Of a stretch of DNA of 64,000 nt, positions 19,263 through 28,942 are shown piece after piece. Made by a program: the position numbers and the translations under genes. The stretch spans positions 1 through 64,000 of IMG/VR virus record IMGVR_UViG_3300046821_000134. One strand, given 5' to 3'. This DNA comes from a virus. Below the pieces are notes generated by a model. The model saw only the letters and a list, made by a program, of their open reading frames with translations, was not told the DNA's origin and made no database searches. Positions within the stretch are counted from its first letter, which is position 1. Each line of letters opens with the position of its first letter.

Positions 19263-21367
19263 TGGAAGGCTACGTGTTCGATCTAGAGGGGGACAATCTG
19301 TACTTGGGTTGTAAGAAGATTTGGTATGGGAATTTCAAATCATTAGACGGCACACGTTCCCTTTCAGTTCATCCGTTCCAAGAAGGAAACGAAGAAGCAC
19401 AAGGTAAGATTTTGGAGTGGATTCATAGCTTCTCTGACAAAGCCTTGTGTTGCTCCTTTAATGGTTTATCTTACGACCACTTTGTCTTGTGGAGACTTCT
19501 GGGCCTTAAACCAACTGTTGGTAAAGGTGGTAAGGATTATTTTGCAGATAAAGAAGTTATATTTTTTGATGCTTTCTACAATGCTCAGTTTCTTAATCCG
19601 AACTTGCCAGAGTTCTCTCTTGCTGCGTTGTCGCGTGGATCAAGTGCAGAGAAGATTGATTATCGTGAAAGGCTTGTTCAAGCAGGAGCAATGATTGGAA
19701 ATGAGGTCAAGGGTTTCGAATTTTCTTTCTACAATCCTTTAATGGATGAATACTGCGACGCAGACGTTGAAGCAACACGCGTACTTGTTTTGAAACAACT
19801 TGCTGAGCTTAAAGAGTTATATGGGGATGTTCGCCCCCCATCGCTGAGAATGGGTACAAAAGCCCAATTCCTCATGAAAGCCCAAGAACACACAGGGCAC
19901 GGCTTTGATGAAAAATTGGCAGCAGAGGTAATGATCAGTTTGAACAAGGACATGGAAGAACTTGAGTCAGAGGTTCTCCCTAAGCTTCCGCCACGCCCTT
20001 TGAAGAAAGGGGAGGAAGCAGAGTACTCAATGCCCGCAAAACCTTACAAGAAGGATGGGTCTTTTAGTAGTCATATGGAGAACTTCATTTCCAAGCACTC
20101 CGGTGTGGTTAAGTCTAAAGACACTGTTGAGTTCTTCGGTAAGGACTATAAGGTTGAGGCAAAGAAGATTTTAGATATAAAGCTTCCAATGGTTATTGGG
20201 GATCAACAGCATTTCAAAGAGTGGCTTCTCAGTCAAGGGTGGGTGCCTACTTTCTATAATTTTCAACGTGGCCCAGATGGTAAGCCTGTTAGGGACGACA
20301 AAGGTAACTACATCGAAACATCTCCGAAGTTGCAGGAACAAGGGGTGATCTGCCCAAATCTTCTTGAATTAGAGGGCGACGTAGTTAAGGAGGTTGTTAA
20401 GTTTTTATCTTTAAGGAATCGCAGGTCTGTGCTGCAAGGTTGGTTGGATAATCCCCGTCTAAAATACGATGGAAGACTGCCAACAGCTTCCTCAAAAATT
20501 GCCAACTCTCACAGGCAATGTCACGCAGTGGTTTGTAATGTTCCTCGTGCTGGGGGTCAGAGTCTGTATGGGGACGAGTTTAGGAGCCTGTTTTGTGCAG
20601 AGGGAGAGAACCTTATCGCTGCTGCTGATGCAAGTGGGCTAGAGCAGCGTGTTGCTGGACACATGACTTTTAAGTATGATGAAGGCAAGTACGCGGAGGA
20701 GTTGCTGAAAGGGGATGTACACTCCAAGGTTGCATTTGCAATGTTTGAAAGAGAACTGGCTGCCTTAGGGTTCTCCCCAGACAAGTTTGACAAAGAGGAC
20801 AGAAGATTTAAGCCATTTAGAAGCAAAGCTAAAACAGCAGGATATGCTATACTGTATGGTTGTTCCCCAGCAAAGCTAGCCAAAACCCTCAACAAACCAG
20901 ATAAGGACGGAAAACGCCTGCACAAAGCATTCTGGGACGCAAATCCCGCAATGGCGCAGTTGGTTGAGAATATTGGAAAGTATTGGGAAACAAAAGGTAA
21001 AAAGACATTTGTGCCTGCTGTGGACGGTAGGTTGCTGAGAACTCGTTCAAAGCATTCTCTTTTAAATAATATCCTACAGAGTTTGGGGGCAATCGTAATG
21101 GACTTAGCTTGTTGTTTCATGGATGCAAAACTTGGTGAAATGTTTATTGATGAACTTGGGAGACCATATTACCTGTACAAAGGCAAACAGGTCAGGCGTG
21201 TCGTCTACTATCACGACGAGTATTCTTTTGAGTGTGCCCCAGAGGTAGCGGAGGAAGTGAAGAAAATGGCAGAAAACAGCATTGCTGAAGCTGGAAGATT
21301 CTTTAAACTAAACGTAGAGTTGGCTGGAGAGGGGAAGGTGGGTAAATCATGGCAAGCGGTGCATTGA
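19262..21367 (+). CDS. family A DNA polymerase (T7-like, Tyr at motif-B position 762)
   Basis: Exonuclease DLE, FNG..YD, YC..DV; motif A ADASGLEQR; motif B KAKTAGYAILYG; motif C YYHDE. Confidence 0.96.
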   Translation: MEGYVFDLEGDNLYLGCKKIWYGNFKSLDGTRSLSVHPFQEGNEEAQGKILEWIHSFSDKALCCSFNGLSYDHFVLWRLLGLKPTVGKGGKDYFADKEVIFFDAFYNAQFLNPNLPEFSLAALSRGSSAEKIDYRERLVQAGAMIGNEVKGFEFSFYNPLMDEYCDADVEATRVLVLKQLAELKELYGDVRPPSLRMGTKAQFLMKAQEHTGHGFDEKLAAEVMISLNKDMEELESEVLPKLPPRPLKKGEEAEYSMPAKPYKKDGSFSSHMENFISKHSGVVKSKDTVEFFGKDYKVEAKKILDIKLPMVIGDQQHFKEWLLSQGWVPTFYNFQRGPDGKPVRDDKGNYIETSPKLQEQGVICPNLLELEGDVVKEVVKFLSLRNRRSVLQGWLDNPRLKYDGRLPTASSKIANSHRQCHAVVCNVPRAGGQSLYGDEFRSLFCAEGENLIAAADASGLEQRVAGHMTFKYDEGKYAEELLKGDVHSKVAFAMFERELAALGFSPDKFDKEDRRFKPFRSKAKTAGYAILYGCSPAKLAKTLNKPDKDGKRLHKAFWDANPAMAQLVENIGKYWETKGKKTFVPAVDGRLLRTRSKHSLLNNILQSLGAIVMDLACCFMDAKLGEMFIDELGRPYYLYKGKQVRRVVYYHDEYSFECAPEVAEEVKKMAENSIAEAGRFFKLNVELAGEGKVGKSWQAVH

Positions 21368-21449
21368 TTAATGAAGGGCAATAAAACGATGTTGTCAGCC
21401 AGCACCACAACACAAAATTATCCGCCTGCCCACTGATGAAAGGATAACC

Positions 21450-22130
21450 ATGACCGAAGAACTAACAGAACCCCCAGACATCCCCGCCCACTCAGCAGGA
21501 CAGTCTTTAGACAACTTCCCGCAGCCCTTCCTTGATAGCTTCCATGAGGAAGACTCAATATATCGTGGCCTGTCCATCCGGGAGCAACTAAGGCTTGGGA
21601 AGCTCCGCAGGGGCAACAAGAAACCCCCTGCAGCCATCCTGCAGCGGTTGAAGAAGGCTACAGACGTCGACTACGGCAGAATCCTTGCCCATTGCACCAA
21701 GGCAATCCTCATGGCTTTTGAACGCAGCGATGTGTATAGGATAGATCGTATCAACATCTACATTAGAGTGTATTTCAAGTACCGCCTGCTGTTCAACAAG
21801 GGATGGCCCAAGGGGCGTGTTGTGTCAGCAGATGATTGGAGTGTTACAATTCAATATAAGGCTGATGGGATTGTTGACTACCTGCACAAGATTGGAAAAT
21901 CCTATTACGATTCAAAATCTCTTAGGAAGGCTGTGCATGCAATCCGCAGGGAATCAGATCATCTTGATTGGCTGGAAGACTTCTCGATTGACTTGTGTTA
22001 CACTGAGGGCGTTAATGATGTTGTAACACGCTGGAAGCGTGAAGACGGGCGCAAAGGGAATGCAAAGAATTTCACTAAGAATGTTGACAAGATAGTGAAA
22101 AAAGAGGATAATGCTGTTTTGGAGATATAG
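21450..22130 (+). CDS. hypothetical basic protein
   Basis: AAGGA RBS; 226-aa ORF. Confidence 0.7.
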   Translation: MTEELTEPPDIPAHSAGQSLDNFPQPFLDSFHEEDSIYRGLSIREQLRLGKLRRGNKKPPAAILQRLKKATDVDYGRILAHCTKAILMAFERSDVYRIDRINIYIRVYFKYRLLFNKGWPKGRVVSADDWSVTIQYKADGIVDYLHKIGKSYYDSKSLRKAVHAIRRESDHLDWLEDFSIDLCYTEGVNDVVTRWKREDGRKGNAKNFTKNVDKIVKKEDNAVLEI

Positions 22131-22230
22131 GGTAGCACAATACCCTACAACAGAAGCAAGTGCATTGTGCAAGTTAATCTGGTGATGCGGCACCTTATCC
22201 GCTTAATTTCAACTTAGAAGGAGAAACATT
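22084..22230 (+). promoter_or_regulatory. promoter and pseudoknotted 5' leader of the SSB gene
   Basis: TTGACA-17-GATAAT (22084-22112); H-type pseudoknots at 22128-22170 and 22181-22202. Confidence 0.7.
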
Positions 22231-23232
22231 ATGGCATTTGATACTTATGGTGAAAAGCAAAACGATAACACTTCTGCGACCAAAATTGATTGGGATGCTC
22301 TGCAGATGTACACTGTGACAACAGCAAATCTACAGCAACGAGAAACCCTTGTAGGGTATATCGCCGGTATTGTAGATTTGGGCACACAAGCCTTGGAGGA
22401 TGCAGAAGTACAGTTTGATGGTTCTCCTGAGAAAGAAGCAGAAATCATTGCAGATAAGCCCAACACATATTTCAAGGATGGGATTGATCCTGTTTCCAAG
22501 AAACCTGTGCGGCTCAAATGTTGGCCTCAAGACCCTGCACAGTGTGTAACACTGGCGATTGATTTCCCAGATGTCATGTTGGACAAGGGGCAGTTCTTCG
22601 GAGATGAAGATGCTGAACCTAAGCCTCTTCGTTTGTGGCTTGGCGGTCAGTTCTACCTGAAGGATGTAGGTATGGTGGTAGGTCGTCCTATTCCACTTAA
22701 GTTTGGCAACATTGCTCCGAAAGGTAGTAAGGCTGTGTGGAGCTTTAAGCCTAATCACACACTCTACAAAATGGCTGTGGGTGCTAAACTGGTGGAAGCA
22801 GGTAAGCCGTTTATGCCGAAGGATATCGACAGTTTGATTGGAGTTGCTCTCCAGTTTGAAGCCCAAGTGTTCTTCAAGGAGAATAAAGGTAAGCAGTATT
22901 ACAATGAGTATGTAGCATACAAGACTGGCCTTGGTCGTGGTCAAGTGGCTCCTACCCCTGTTACTCCTGCGTTTATGATTCAGATGAACAAGACTAACGT
23001 GAAGGAAGCTGTTGCAGAGCTTCGCTCTCATGTTATCAATACAGTGAAGCGAGCAAGCAACTATCCGGGGTCTGTGTTGGAGAAGGAGCTGAATGAGCTT
23101 CGTCCTCCGAAGCAAGAAGATAATCCACAAGAGCAGGGTGAAGCTCCGAAGGCTGAGACTAAGAAGGTTGTTGCTCCAAAGAAAGTGGTAGCTCCTGTGG
23201 TAGATGATTTCGATGACCAAACTCCGTTTTAA
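22231..23232 (+). CDS. putative single-stranded DNA-binding protein
   Basis: Lies between polymerase and exonuclease; own promoter and terminator; flexible linker with acidic tail DDFDDQTPF resembling the SSB C-terminal tip. Confidence 0.7.
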   Translation: MAFDTYGEKQNDNTSATKIDWDALQMYTVTTANLQQRETLVGYIAGIVDLGTQALEDAEVQFDGSPEKEAEIIADKPNTYFKDGIDPVSKKPVRLKCWPQDPAQCVTLAIDFPDVMLDKGQFFGDEDAEPKPLRLWLGGQFYLKDVGMVVGRPIPLKFGNIAPKGSKAVWSFKPNHTLYKMAVGAKLVEAGKPFMPKDIDSLIGVALQFEAQVFFKENKGKQYYNEYVAYKTGLGRGQVAPTPVTPAFMIQMNKTNVKEAVAELRSHVINTVKRASNYPGSVLEKELNELRPPKQEDNPQEQGEAPKAETKKVVAPKKVVAPVVDDFDDQTPF

Positions 23233-23243
23233 GTAATTAACAA

Positions 23244-23272
23244 CGCCCTCCCCGGAAGGGGAGGGCTCTTTA
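23244..23272 (+). terminator. intrinsic terminator
   Basis: GCCCTCCCC-GGAA-GGGGAGGGC-TCTTT. Confidence 0.8.
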
Positions 23273-23285
23273 TCAGGAATCACCA

Positions 23286-23780
23286 ATGAAGAAATGTAAG
23301 CAATGTGGAGCACTACTCCCTTTATCAGAGTACTATGACACAAAGGCAGGGAAGTTCAGTAAGTGCAAAGAGTGTGTTAGAGAAAATGTTAAGAAAAACA
23401 GGGCAGATAAAGAAGAGTACTACAAAGCTTATGATAGAAATCGCCCTGACAAAGAAGAACGTAATAAAGCCACATTAGATCGACAAAAGACTCCAGAAGG
23501 AAAACAGGCACACAATAAGCGGAATAAAGAGTGGGCGGACAGGAATACTAAACAACGGGCAGCAAATTATGCCGTATCTAATGCAGTTCGCGACGGAGTG
23601 CTGAAGAAGCTCCCCTGCTTCGTATGTGGAGATCTAGAGGTTGAAGGGCACCACCCTGATTATGACACACCTCTCGATGTTGTCTGGCTATGTACTGCAC
23701 ACCATAAAGAGATTCACAGGAAATACGATGCAGACAAGGACGCTCGTATTTTGTTCGAGAAGGTAAGAAGGGAGGGATAA
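23286..23780 (+). CDS. HNH-type zinc-finger endonuclease
   Basis: CKQC...CKEC N-terminal finger; PCFVCG...EGHHPDY..PLDVVWLC..HH. Confidence 0.8.
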   Translation: MKKCKQCGALLPLSEYYDTKAGKFSKCKECVRENVKKNRADKEEYYKAYDRNRPDKEERNKATLDRQKTPEGKQAHNKRNKEWADRNTKQRAANYAVSNAVRDGVLKKLPCFVCGDLEVEGHHPDYDTPLDVVWLCTAHHKEIHRKYDADKDARILFEKVRREG

Positions 23781-24820
23781 TGCCACAACTTGTATTTGAT
23801 TATGACCCTCTACTGTATTCCTGCGGTCCTCTGGCAGAAGAGCGTTATGTTCTCGTAGAGAACAAATCAACAAAGGAGCAGTGGAAAGTAAAGAGCCGTA
23901 CTGAGTGGTACGGACACTGGAAGAAGAAACAAGGAGGAATGCTCGCAGAGATTAACAAGGGTGCTCTGAGCCCTCTTGACCCTGAGGGTGACTTCACCTA
24001 CACAGATGTGCAGGAGCCTACAAAATTCAAATGGGCAACAAACGGGGTAGATGCCTATATTGAGCGTATCTGTGCTCACCTTGGCTCGGCGGACTATTAC
24101 GGATACATTGGCAAGGGGAAAGTGTTTAGGCATGATATTGCTACATTGCATCCTTACAAGCATGGGCGAGATGATGCTATCAAACCATTGTTCATCAACG
24201 AGCTTCGGGAGTATCTGTTAAAGCGCCACAACGCAGAGTTGGCGTCTAAGTTGGAGTCGGACGACAGGGTTGTGATGGACTCACATATCGCTTTCAAGGA
24301 ATGGAAACAAGGGAAGAGAGAACCCTTAATTGTTGTAGGCGTTGACAAGGATTACAGATGCGGCCCAATCCACTTGTACAATCCCAACGAAGATACGCTT
24401 GATACAATTGATGGGTTTGGTAAGTTATGGGTGCAGACAAACGTATCAGCCTCGGGTGTTCAAACTCGCCAAGTGAAAGGTGAAGGACGTATCTGGCTGG
24501 TGCATCAAGTCCTCAGCTCTGATGATGCTGACACGTACTACGCTAACTCTGGATGCCTTGAGAAGAAGTGGGGAGAGATGTCATCGTATAAACTGCTGTG
24601 CGAGTGCAAGAACGATAAGGAGGCGTTTGAGGCACTAAAGCAAGGCTATGTTCATCTGTACCCAGAGCCTAAGCAATTCACAAACTGGAGAGAGGATACC
24701 TTTGAGATTGATTGGTTATACTGCGCCAATGAGAACTTCCAGCTGGCAAGAATGCGTCGTTTTGAAGAGGATGAGTTTCACTTAAGTGCTGTACTTGACA
24801 AACTCGGAATAACATACTAA
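23780..24820 (+). CDS. 5'-3' exonuclease / RNase H-like flap nuclease
   Basis: FDYD, FR..IA...YK.GR....KP, ESDD, VDKD, D.AD motifs. Confidence 0.88.
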   Translation: MPQLVFDYDPLLYSCGPLAEERYVLVENKSTKEQWKVKSRTEWYGHWKKKQGGMLAEINKGALSPLDPEGDFTYTDVQEPTKFKWATNGVDAYIERICAHLGSADYYGYIGKGKVFRHDIATLHPYKHGRDDAIKPLFINELREYLLKRHNAELASKLESDDRVVMDSHIAFKEWKQGKREPLIVVGVDKDYRCGPIHLYNPNEDTLDTIDGFGKLWVQTNVSASGVQTRQVKGEGRIWLVHQVLSSDDADTYYANSGCLEKKWGEMSSYKLLCECKNDKEAFEALKQGYVHLYPEPKQFTNWREDTFEIDWLYCANENFQLARMRRFEEDEFHLSAVLDKLGITY

Positions 24821-24830
24821 GGAGAAACAA

Positions 24831-25118
24831 ATGGAAAAACTAACACTCGTAATTGGTGCTTTGTTAGGCGCTGTCGCTCTCGGAGCGTTGTATGCTTTCA
24901 CAGGGACTCTTCTTTGGTGGTGGTTTATTTACCCGCTCATCGGAATCGGAGCTCCGTCTCTTGTTACAATGTATGGGCTGTTCATGTTTGTTAGCCTATT
25001 CAACGGGAGTACTCCTGATAACAAAGAGGGCACAGATATAAAATCCAAGGTAGTATACTCTGTAGTTAAACCCTGTATTCTTCTCTTATTTGGCTTCATT
25101 CTGAGAGGGTTTGTGTGA
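24831..25118 (+). CDS. membrane protein
   Basis: Three hydrophobic segments; AAGGAG RBS. Confidence 0.75.
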   Translation: MEKLTLVIGALLGAVALGALYAFTGTLLWWWFIYPLIGIGAPSLVTMYGLFMFVSLFNGSTPDNKEGTDIKSKVVYSVVKPCILLLFGFILRGFV

Positions 25119-25133
25119 GCAACAAGGACATCT

Positions 25134-25694
25134 ATGAGTAAACTGAAAGAGATGTTGGAGTGTGTTCCTTCTGTATGGAAAACTGAAGCAGCCTTCTGGG
25201 CATGGGTAAAGGGAGGCATTAGGAAATCCCTGTGGAACAGACACCCGGTAAAAATTTCCTTCACACGAGAACGGAGATTGAAAATCCCCAATCCTAATCC
25301 AAGGGGAAAGGCAAAGGAAGTGTGGGGTGGTAGGTGCGAGATATGTGGAGATCTTTTTGTTGAATCGCAGCTTCAATGTGACCACAAGAGCGAAGAAACT
25401 GCACACTTGACAAAGCAAGAACACTTGCAGGGATGCTTCGAGAAGCTGTGTATTATCGTACCAGACGATTTACGATGGGTTTGTAAGGGATGCCACTCTA
25501 TTCACAGCTACTCGCAGAAATCTGGATTATCTTTTGAACAAGCAGCCCTTGAAAAGCAAGTGATATCCTTCAAGAAGAATTCAGCTACCAAGCAAAAGGA
25601 AATATTGACAGAACTTGGAATTGAGGGTATAATGCTTACAACATCTGAGAAGCGAGCAAATGCTTATCGTGAGCATCTTAACCGTGCAATTTGA
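25134..25694 (+). CDS. HNH endonuclease (possible resolvase)
   Basis: CEICG...QCDH...LRWVCKGCH. Confidence 0.82.
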   Translation: MSKLKEMLECVPSVWKTEAAFWAWVKGGIRKSLWNRHPVKISFTRERRLKIPNPNPRGKAKEVWGGRCEICGDLFVESQLQCDHKSEETAHLTKQEHLQGCFEKLCIIVPDDLRWVCKGCHSIHSYSQKSGLSFEQAALEKQVISFKKNSATKQKEILTELGIEGIMLTTSEKRANAYREHLNRAI

Positions 25695-25706
25695 AAGGAG
25701 CCGCCA

Positions 25707-26672
25707 TTGAATAATTGGAAAGAACAAGCCCTGCAGCTATTCATGGCAGGCACGTCTAAACGGGAGATATCCCGTAAGCTGGATGTCCCTTATTCCAGCT
25801 TGTGGGAGTGGCTCGATAAGAATGTTGAAGGGAAGGAGGCTGTTATTGATGACTCGGCGCATGACTTGTTTGTAAGTGATGCTAAAATCAAACCTGTAAT
25901 CACTGATCCGACAAAGCAGGGGCCAACCATCATCTTTCTTCCAGATGCTCAAGTGAAGCCCGGTGTTGATCTGACATACCTACGATGCCAAGGTGAGTAC
26001 ATTGCGCACAAGAAGCCAGACGTGATTGTATGTGCAGGAGACTTTGCTGACATGGAGAGTTTGTCAAGCTACGACAAAGGGAAGAAGAGTGCTGAAGGGA
26101 AACGTGTAGCCAAGGACATTGAGGCTGCTATTGCAGGGATGAATGCACTTCTTAGTCCTGTCCGTAAGGCACAAGCACAAGACTCGGAATGGAAGCCTCG
26201 CATGGTGCTCACATTAGGGAACCACGAGGAAAGAGTACATCGTCATATAGAAGCTAATCCAGAGCTTCATGGGTTCCTTTCTTACGATAGCCTACGATAC
26301 AAGGAGTTTGGTTGGGAGGTGTATGACTATCTCGTTCCTGTCGTAATCGGTGGGGTTATGTTTATTCATTACTACCCAAACCCATTTACAGGAAAACCCC
26401 TTGGAGGGTCTGCTGCTAACATTCTTCAGAAGGTGGGGGCTTCAGTTGTGCAAGGGCATAAACAAACGCTTGACGTAGCCACAAGAACGTTGCATAATGG
26501 AGTACAGCAATGGAGCATTGTAGCAGGAGCTTCGTATGATTTTGATGAAGATTACAAAGGCTTCACTGGTAACAAGCATCACCGAGGAATTGTTGTAATG
26601 CACAATGTCGAGAATGGAGGATTTGACCCCTTATTCATCAACATTGAATATCTTAAAAAACGCTTTGCTTAA
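25707..26672 (+). CDS. metallophosphoesterase with N-terminal HTH
   Basis: SKREISRKLDVPYSSLWEWL HTH; PDAQ, GDFAD, GNHE, QGHKQ; promoter TTGACA-17-TATAAT at 25605-25633. Confidence 0.88.
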   Translation: MNNWKEQALQLFMAGTSKREISRKLDVPYSSLWEWLDKNVEGKEAVIDDSAHDLFVSDAKIKPVITDPTKQGPTIIFLPDAQVKPGVDLTYLRCQGEYIAHKKPDVIVCAGDFADMESLSSYDKGKKSAEGKRVAKDIEAAIAGMNALLSPVRKAQAQDSEWKPRMVLTLGNHEERVHRHIEANPELHGFLSYDSLRYKEFGWEVYDYLVPVVIGGVMFIHYYPNPFTGKPLGGSAANILQKVGASVVQGHKQTLDVATRTLHNGVQQWSIVAGASYDFDEDYKGFTGNKHHRGIVVMHNVENGGFDPLFINIEYLKKRFA

Positions 26673-26683
26673 AGGAGAAACAA

Positions 26684-26860
26684 ATGTATAAATTTTGGGC
26701 AATTGAAGTGAAGGATGTTGACGGTGTATATGCTCCGTCTGTTGTTGTAGCAAGCCGTGACGAAGCACGACGCACACAGCGGGCCTACAAGCTGCTTGGT
26801 CAAATCACTGCTCCAAGCCGTATTCGTCGTTATGAGCGTAATGACAATACGCGCGGATAA
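26684..26860 (+). CDS. small hypothetical protein (58 aa)
   Basis: AAGGAG RBS; MYKFWAIEVKD...; followed by terminator CCCCTCC-TTAAC-GGAGGGG-CTTTT. Confidence 0.65.
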   Translation: MYKFWAIEVKDVDGVYAPSVVVASRDEARRTQRAYKLLGQITAPSRIRRYERNDNTRG

Positions 26861-26907
26861 TGAACAACTCCCCTCCTTAACGGAGGGGCTTTTAGCATAG
26901 GGACAAA

Positions 26908-27183
26908 ATGATAGCTGAAGACGTATTGCCAGCTCTCGGAATACACATTGCTCTGCAGAACACTCCTAAGAGTTGTGCTTTCCTAAGAGAGAAAAGACTT
27001 CCTGCTTTAGTGGATGAAACAGAAGGAAATAGGGTTGTGTGGGATAAAGGGTTTCTACAGATTGGAGAGAAGCAATATTCGTATCAGCAATTCCATATTC
27101 TTGATGAGGGTGACCCTGTATTCTTCAATTACATTCGAGATTTGATTACAGCACACAGACAACAACCGCACTTTGGATTTTAA
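26908..27183 (+). CDS. hypothetical protein
   Basis: Packed ORF. Confidence 0.6.
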   Translation: MIAEDVLPALGIHIALQNTPKSCAFLREKRLPALVDETEGNRVVWDKGFLQIGEKQYSYQQFHILDEGDPVFFNYIRDLITAHRQQPHFGF

Positions 27184-27194
27184 TAGGAGGAACG

Positions 27195-27692
27195 ATGGAC
27201 TTAAACGCACGATTTGTAGAGGTGGTGGAATTCAACACAATGGCTGGATTTCTCACGGACGTTAGCAGCGAAAGCCTCTTGGCCCAAGCACGTAACGTAA
27301 GGGAGGAAGCCAATGAGCTGTTCGATGCAATCAACAACAATGAGCCTCCAGAGAATGTTCTGAAGGAGCTGTGTGACACCCTTGTAACGTCCTTTGGCAT
27401 GCTGGCAGCTCTGACGAAGAAAGGGTTTGATACAGATAAGGCATTCAAGTTGGTTAATGAGAACAACATGTCAAAGTTTTGTGATACGCCAATGAATGCT
27501 TATTACACGTCAGCAGGTTACAACGCCACAGAAGGGGTAAATACAGCAGTGAAGCCATTGGTTGGAGGGCTGTATGGTGTATTCGATGAGAATGGAAAGC
27601 TACGAAAACCTATTGGATATGAGCCTGTAGACAAGAAAGAGTTGTGTAAGTGCTGCCCGCCTAAAGATGGAATTTGCTGCAAGGAGGAATAA
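27195..27692 (+). CDS. MazG-like nucleoside triphosphate pyrophosphohydrolase
   Basis: EE..EL...KELCD; V.ENNMSKF; NGKLRKP. Confidence 0.82.
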   Translation: MDLNARFVEVVEFNTMAGFLTDVSSESLLAQARNVREEANELFDAINNNEPPENVLKELCDTLVTSFGMLAALTKKGFDTDKAFKLVNENNMSKFCDTPMNAYYTSAGYNATEGVNTAVKPLVGGLYGVFDENGKLRKPIGYEPVDKKELCKCCPPKDGICCKEE

Positions 27693-27693
27693 C

Positions 27694-27966
27694 ATGAAAT
27701 ACTACAAACTTTGTGGAAACTCTCTCGATTCTATTTATGCCCTTGATCGAGAGAATAATGTTTGCAGCGTTATTGAGTTCTGGAAGAACAACGGGACAGT
27801 GACAACAGTGAACATGGCCCTCTTCTCTGCCGCATTAGCAAGCTACGATGTACAAGCTGCAGGGGAGATTGAAACATACGAGAAGATTTACAAATCCGAA
27901 TGGGAGTTCTTCAAGCGTACAGCACGAGACTTCCTGAAGATCATGGGAGAAGTGGATGCGGAATAA
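27694..27966 (+). CDS. hypothetical protein
   Basis: AGGAGG RBS before MKYYK. Confidence 0.65.
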   Translation: MKYYKLCGNSLDSIYALDRENNVCSVIEFWKNNGTVTTVNMALFSAALASYDVQAAGEIETYEKIYKSEWEFFKRTARDFLKIMGEVDAE

Positions 27967-28486
27967 GGGTGTTGTACGCGTCTCTACGCGTGATTTGAAG
28001 CGGGTTGATAAGCTGGCCCACCTGAGTGAGTTTGAATTGATTTCTCCTGCGAACCAAGGGCTTGTAGAGGCATTCCTGTTCGTGATGGGCATTGATGTAG
28101 ACCGTGTTGTACACATTCAGGCATGTAACCATCGTGACCTGTCCAATAAAACTGGAATCGGCTATAGCTTTGTTGGGCATGAACGTACAGACAGACTGTG
28201 GCTGTCTCGAACACAATCAACACTGGAGGCGCGTATCGAGGCTGCACGAGACCCCGATCTGCAAGGGGATATGATTTACATGAGCACAGAAGGGATTCCT
28301 TGGAACAAATTCCGAGAGATGTGCGACAAGGCACGAGGGCAAGAAGGGACAACTAAGAATGTTGCCCCAATGGAGCCTGTAGAAGATTTTGCAGAGAGTC
28401 TGCAAATGATGAAGCTGCTACGAGATATTCAGATTGAAATTCGTGGTGGAATCAATACAATCGAAGAAGACATGTTGTTTGTCTAA
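27956..28486 (+). CDS. hypothetical protein
   Basis: 176-aa packed ORF. Confidence 0.7.
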   Translation: MRNKGVVRVSTRDLKRVDKLAHLSEFELISPANQGLVEAFLFVMGIDVDRVVHIQACNHRDLSNKTGIGYSFVGHERTDRLWLSRTQSTLEARIEAARDPDLQGDMIYMSTEGIPWNKFREMCDKARGQEGTTKNVAPMEPVEDFAESLQMMKLLRDIQIEIRGGINTIEEDMLFV

Positions 28487-28507
28487 ACATTAATTTAAGG
28501 AGAATCT

Positions 28508-28753
28508 ATGACTGTAAATATTACATCACAACAGCGCGACCTTTTGGCTGGCTACACAAAGGAAGCCTACGGCCTGTATACAGAGATTGAAGCTGCTAAC
28601 GAGAACATCAAGGATATTGTAGACGCTGCAGCAGAAGCCACAGGCTTGGATAAGGCTGTTGTGAAGAAGCATTTCGCCACACAATACAAGGATGATCTGG
28701 AGAAGCAAGAAGAACTTGTTGCCAAGCTGCGCTTCTTGAAGGGAGATGAATAA
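28508..28753 (+). CDS. small helical dsDNA-binding protein (T4 DsbA/GapR-like)
   Basis: E....E.IKDIV..A.E..GLDK..V.K pattern; AAGGAG RBS. Confidence 0.55.
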   Translation: MTVNITSQQRDLLAGYTKEAYGLYTEIEAANENIKDIVDAAAEATGLDKAVVKKHFATQYKDDLEKQEELVAKLRFLKGDE

Positions 28754-28912
28754 TGGATGAAGAAGTGATCCCCTCCTCTGATACGATCCCCATTCCTGTT
28801 GACCTTGTGCAAGCAATTGCTAACGTGCTTGGATCAGTACCGAGCAGTGTAGGTGCCGAGGTGTTCTTAGCTCTTCGAAACTACCTGCAGAGTATTAAAC
28901 GAGTATAACAAC

Positions 28913-28941
28913 AAAAGCCCTCCCTTGCGGGAGGGCTTATT
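28913..28941. terminator. bidirectional terminator between convergent modules
   Basis: AAAAGCCCTCCC-TTGC-GGGAGGGCTTATT. Confidence 0.85.
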
Positions 28942-28942
28942 G

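Noticed and set aside
22330-23343. 337-aa antisense ORF over the SSB gene, and similar long shadow ORFs over the capsid and tail genes
   Set aside because: Antisense shadows of codon-biased genes with no RBS or recognisable motifs
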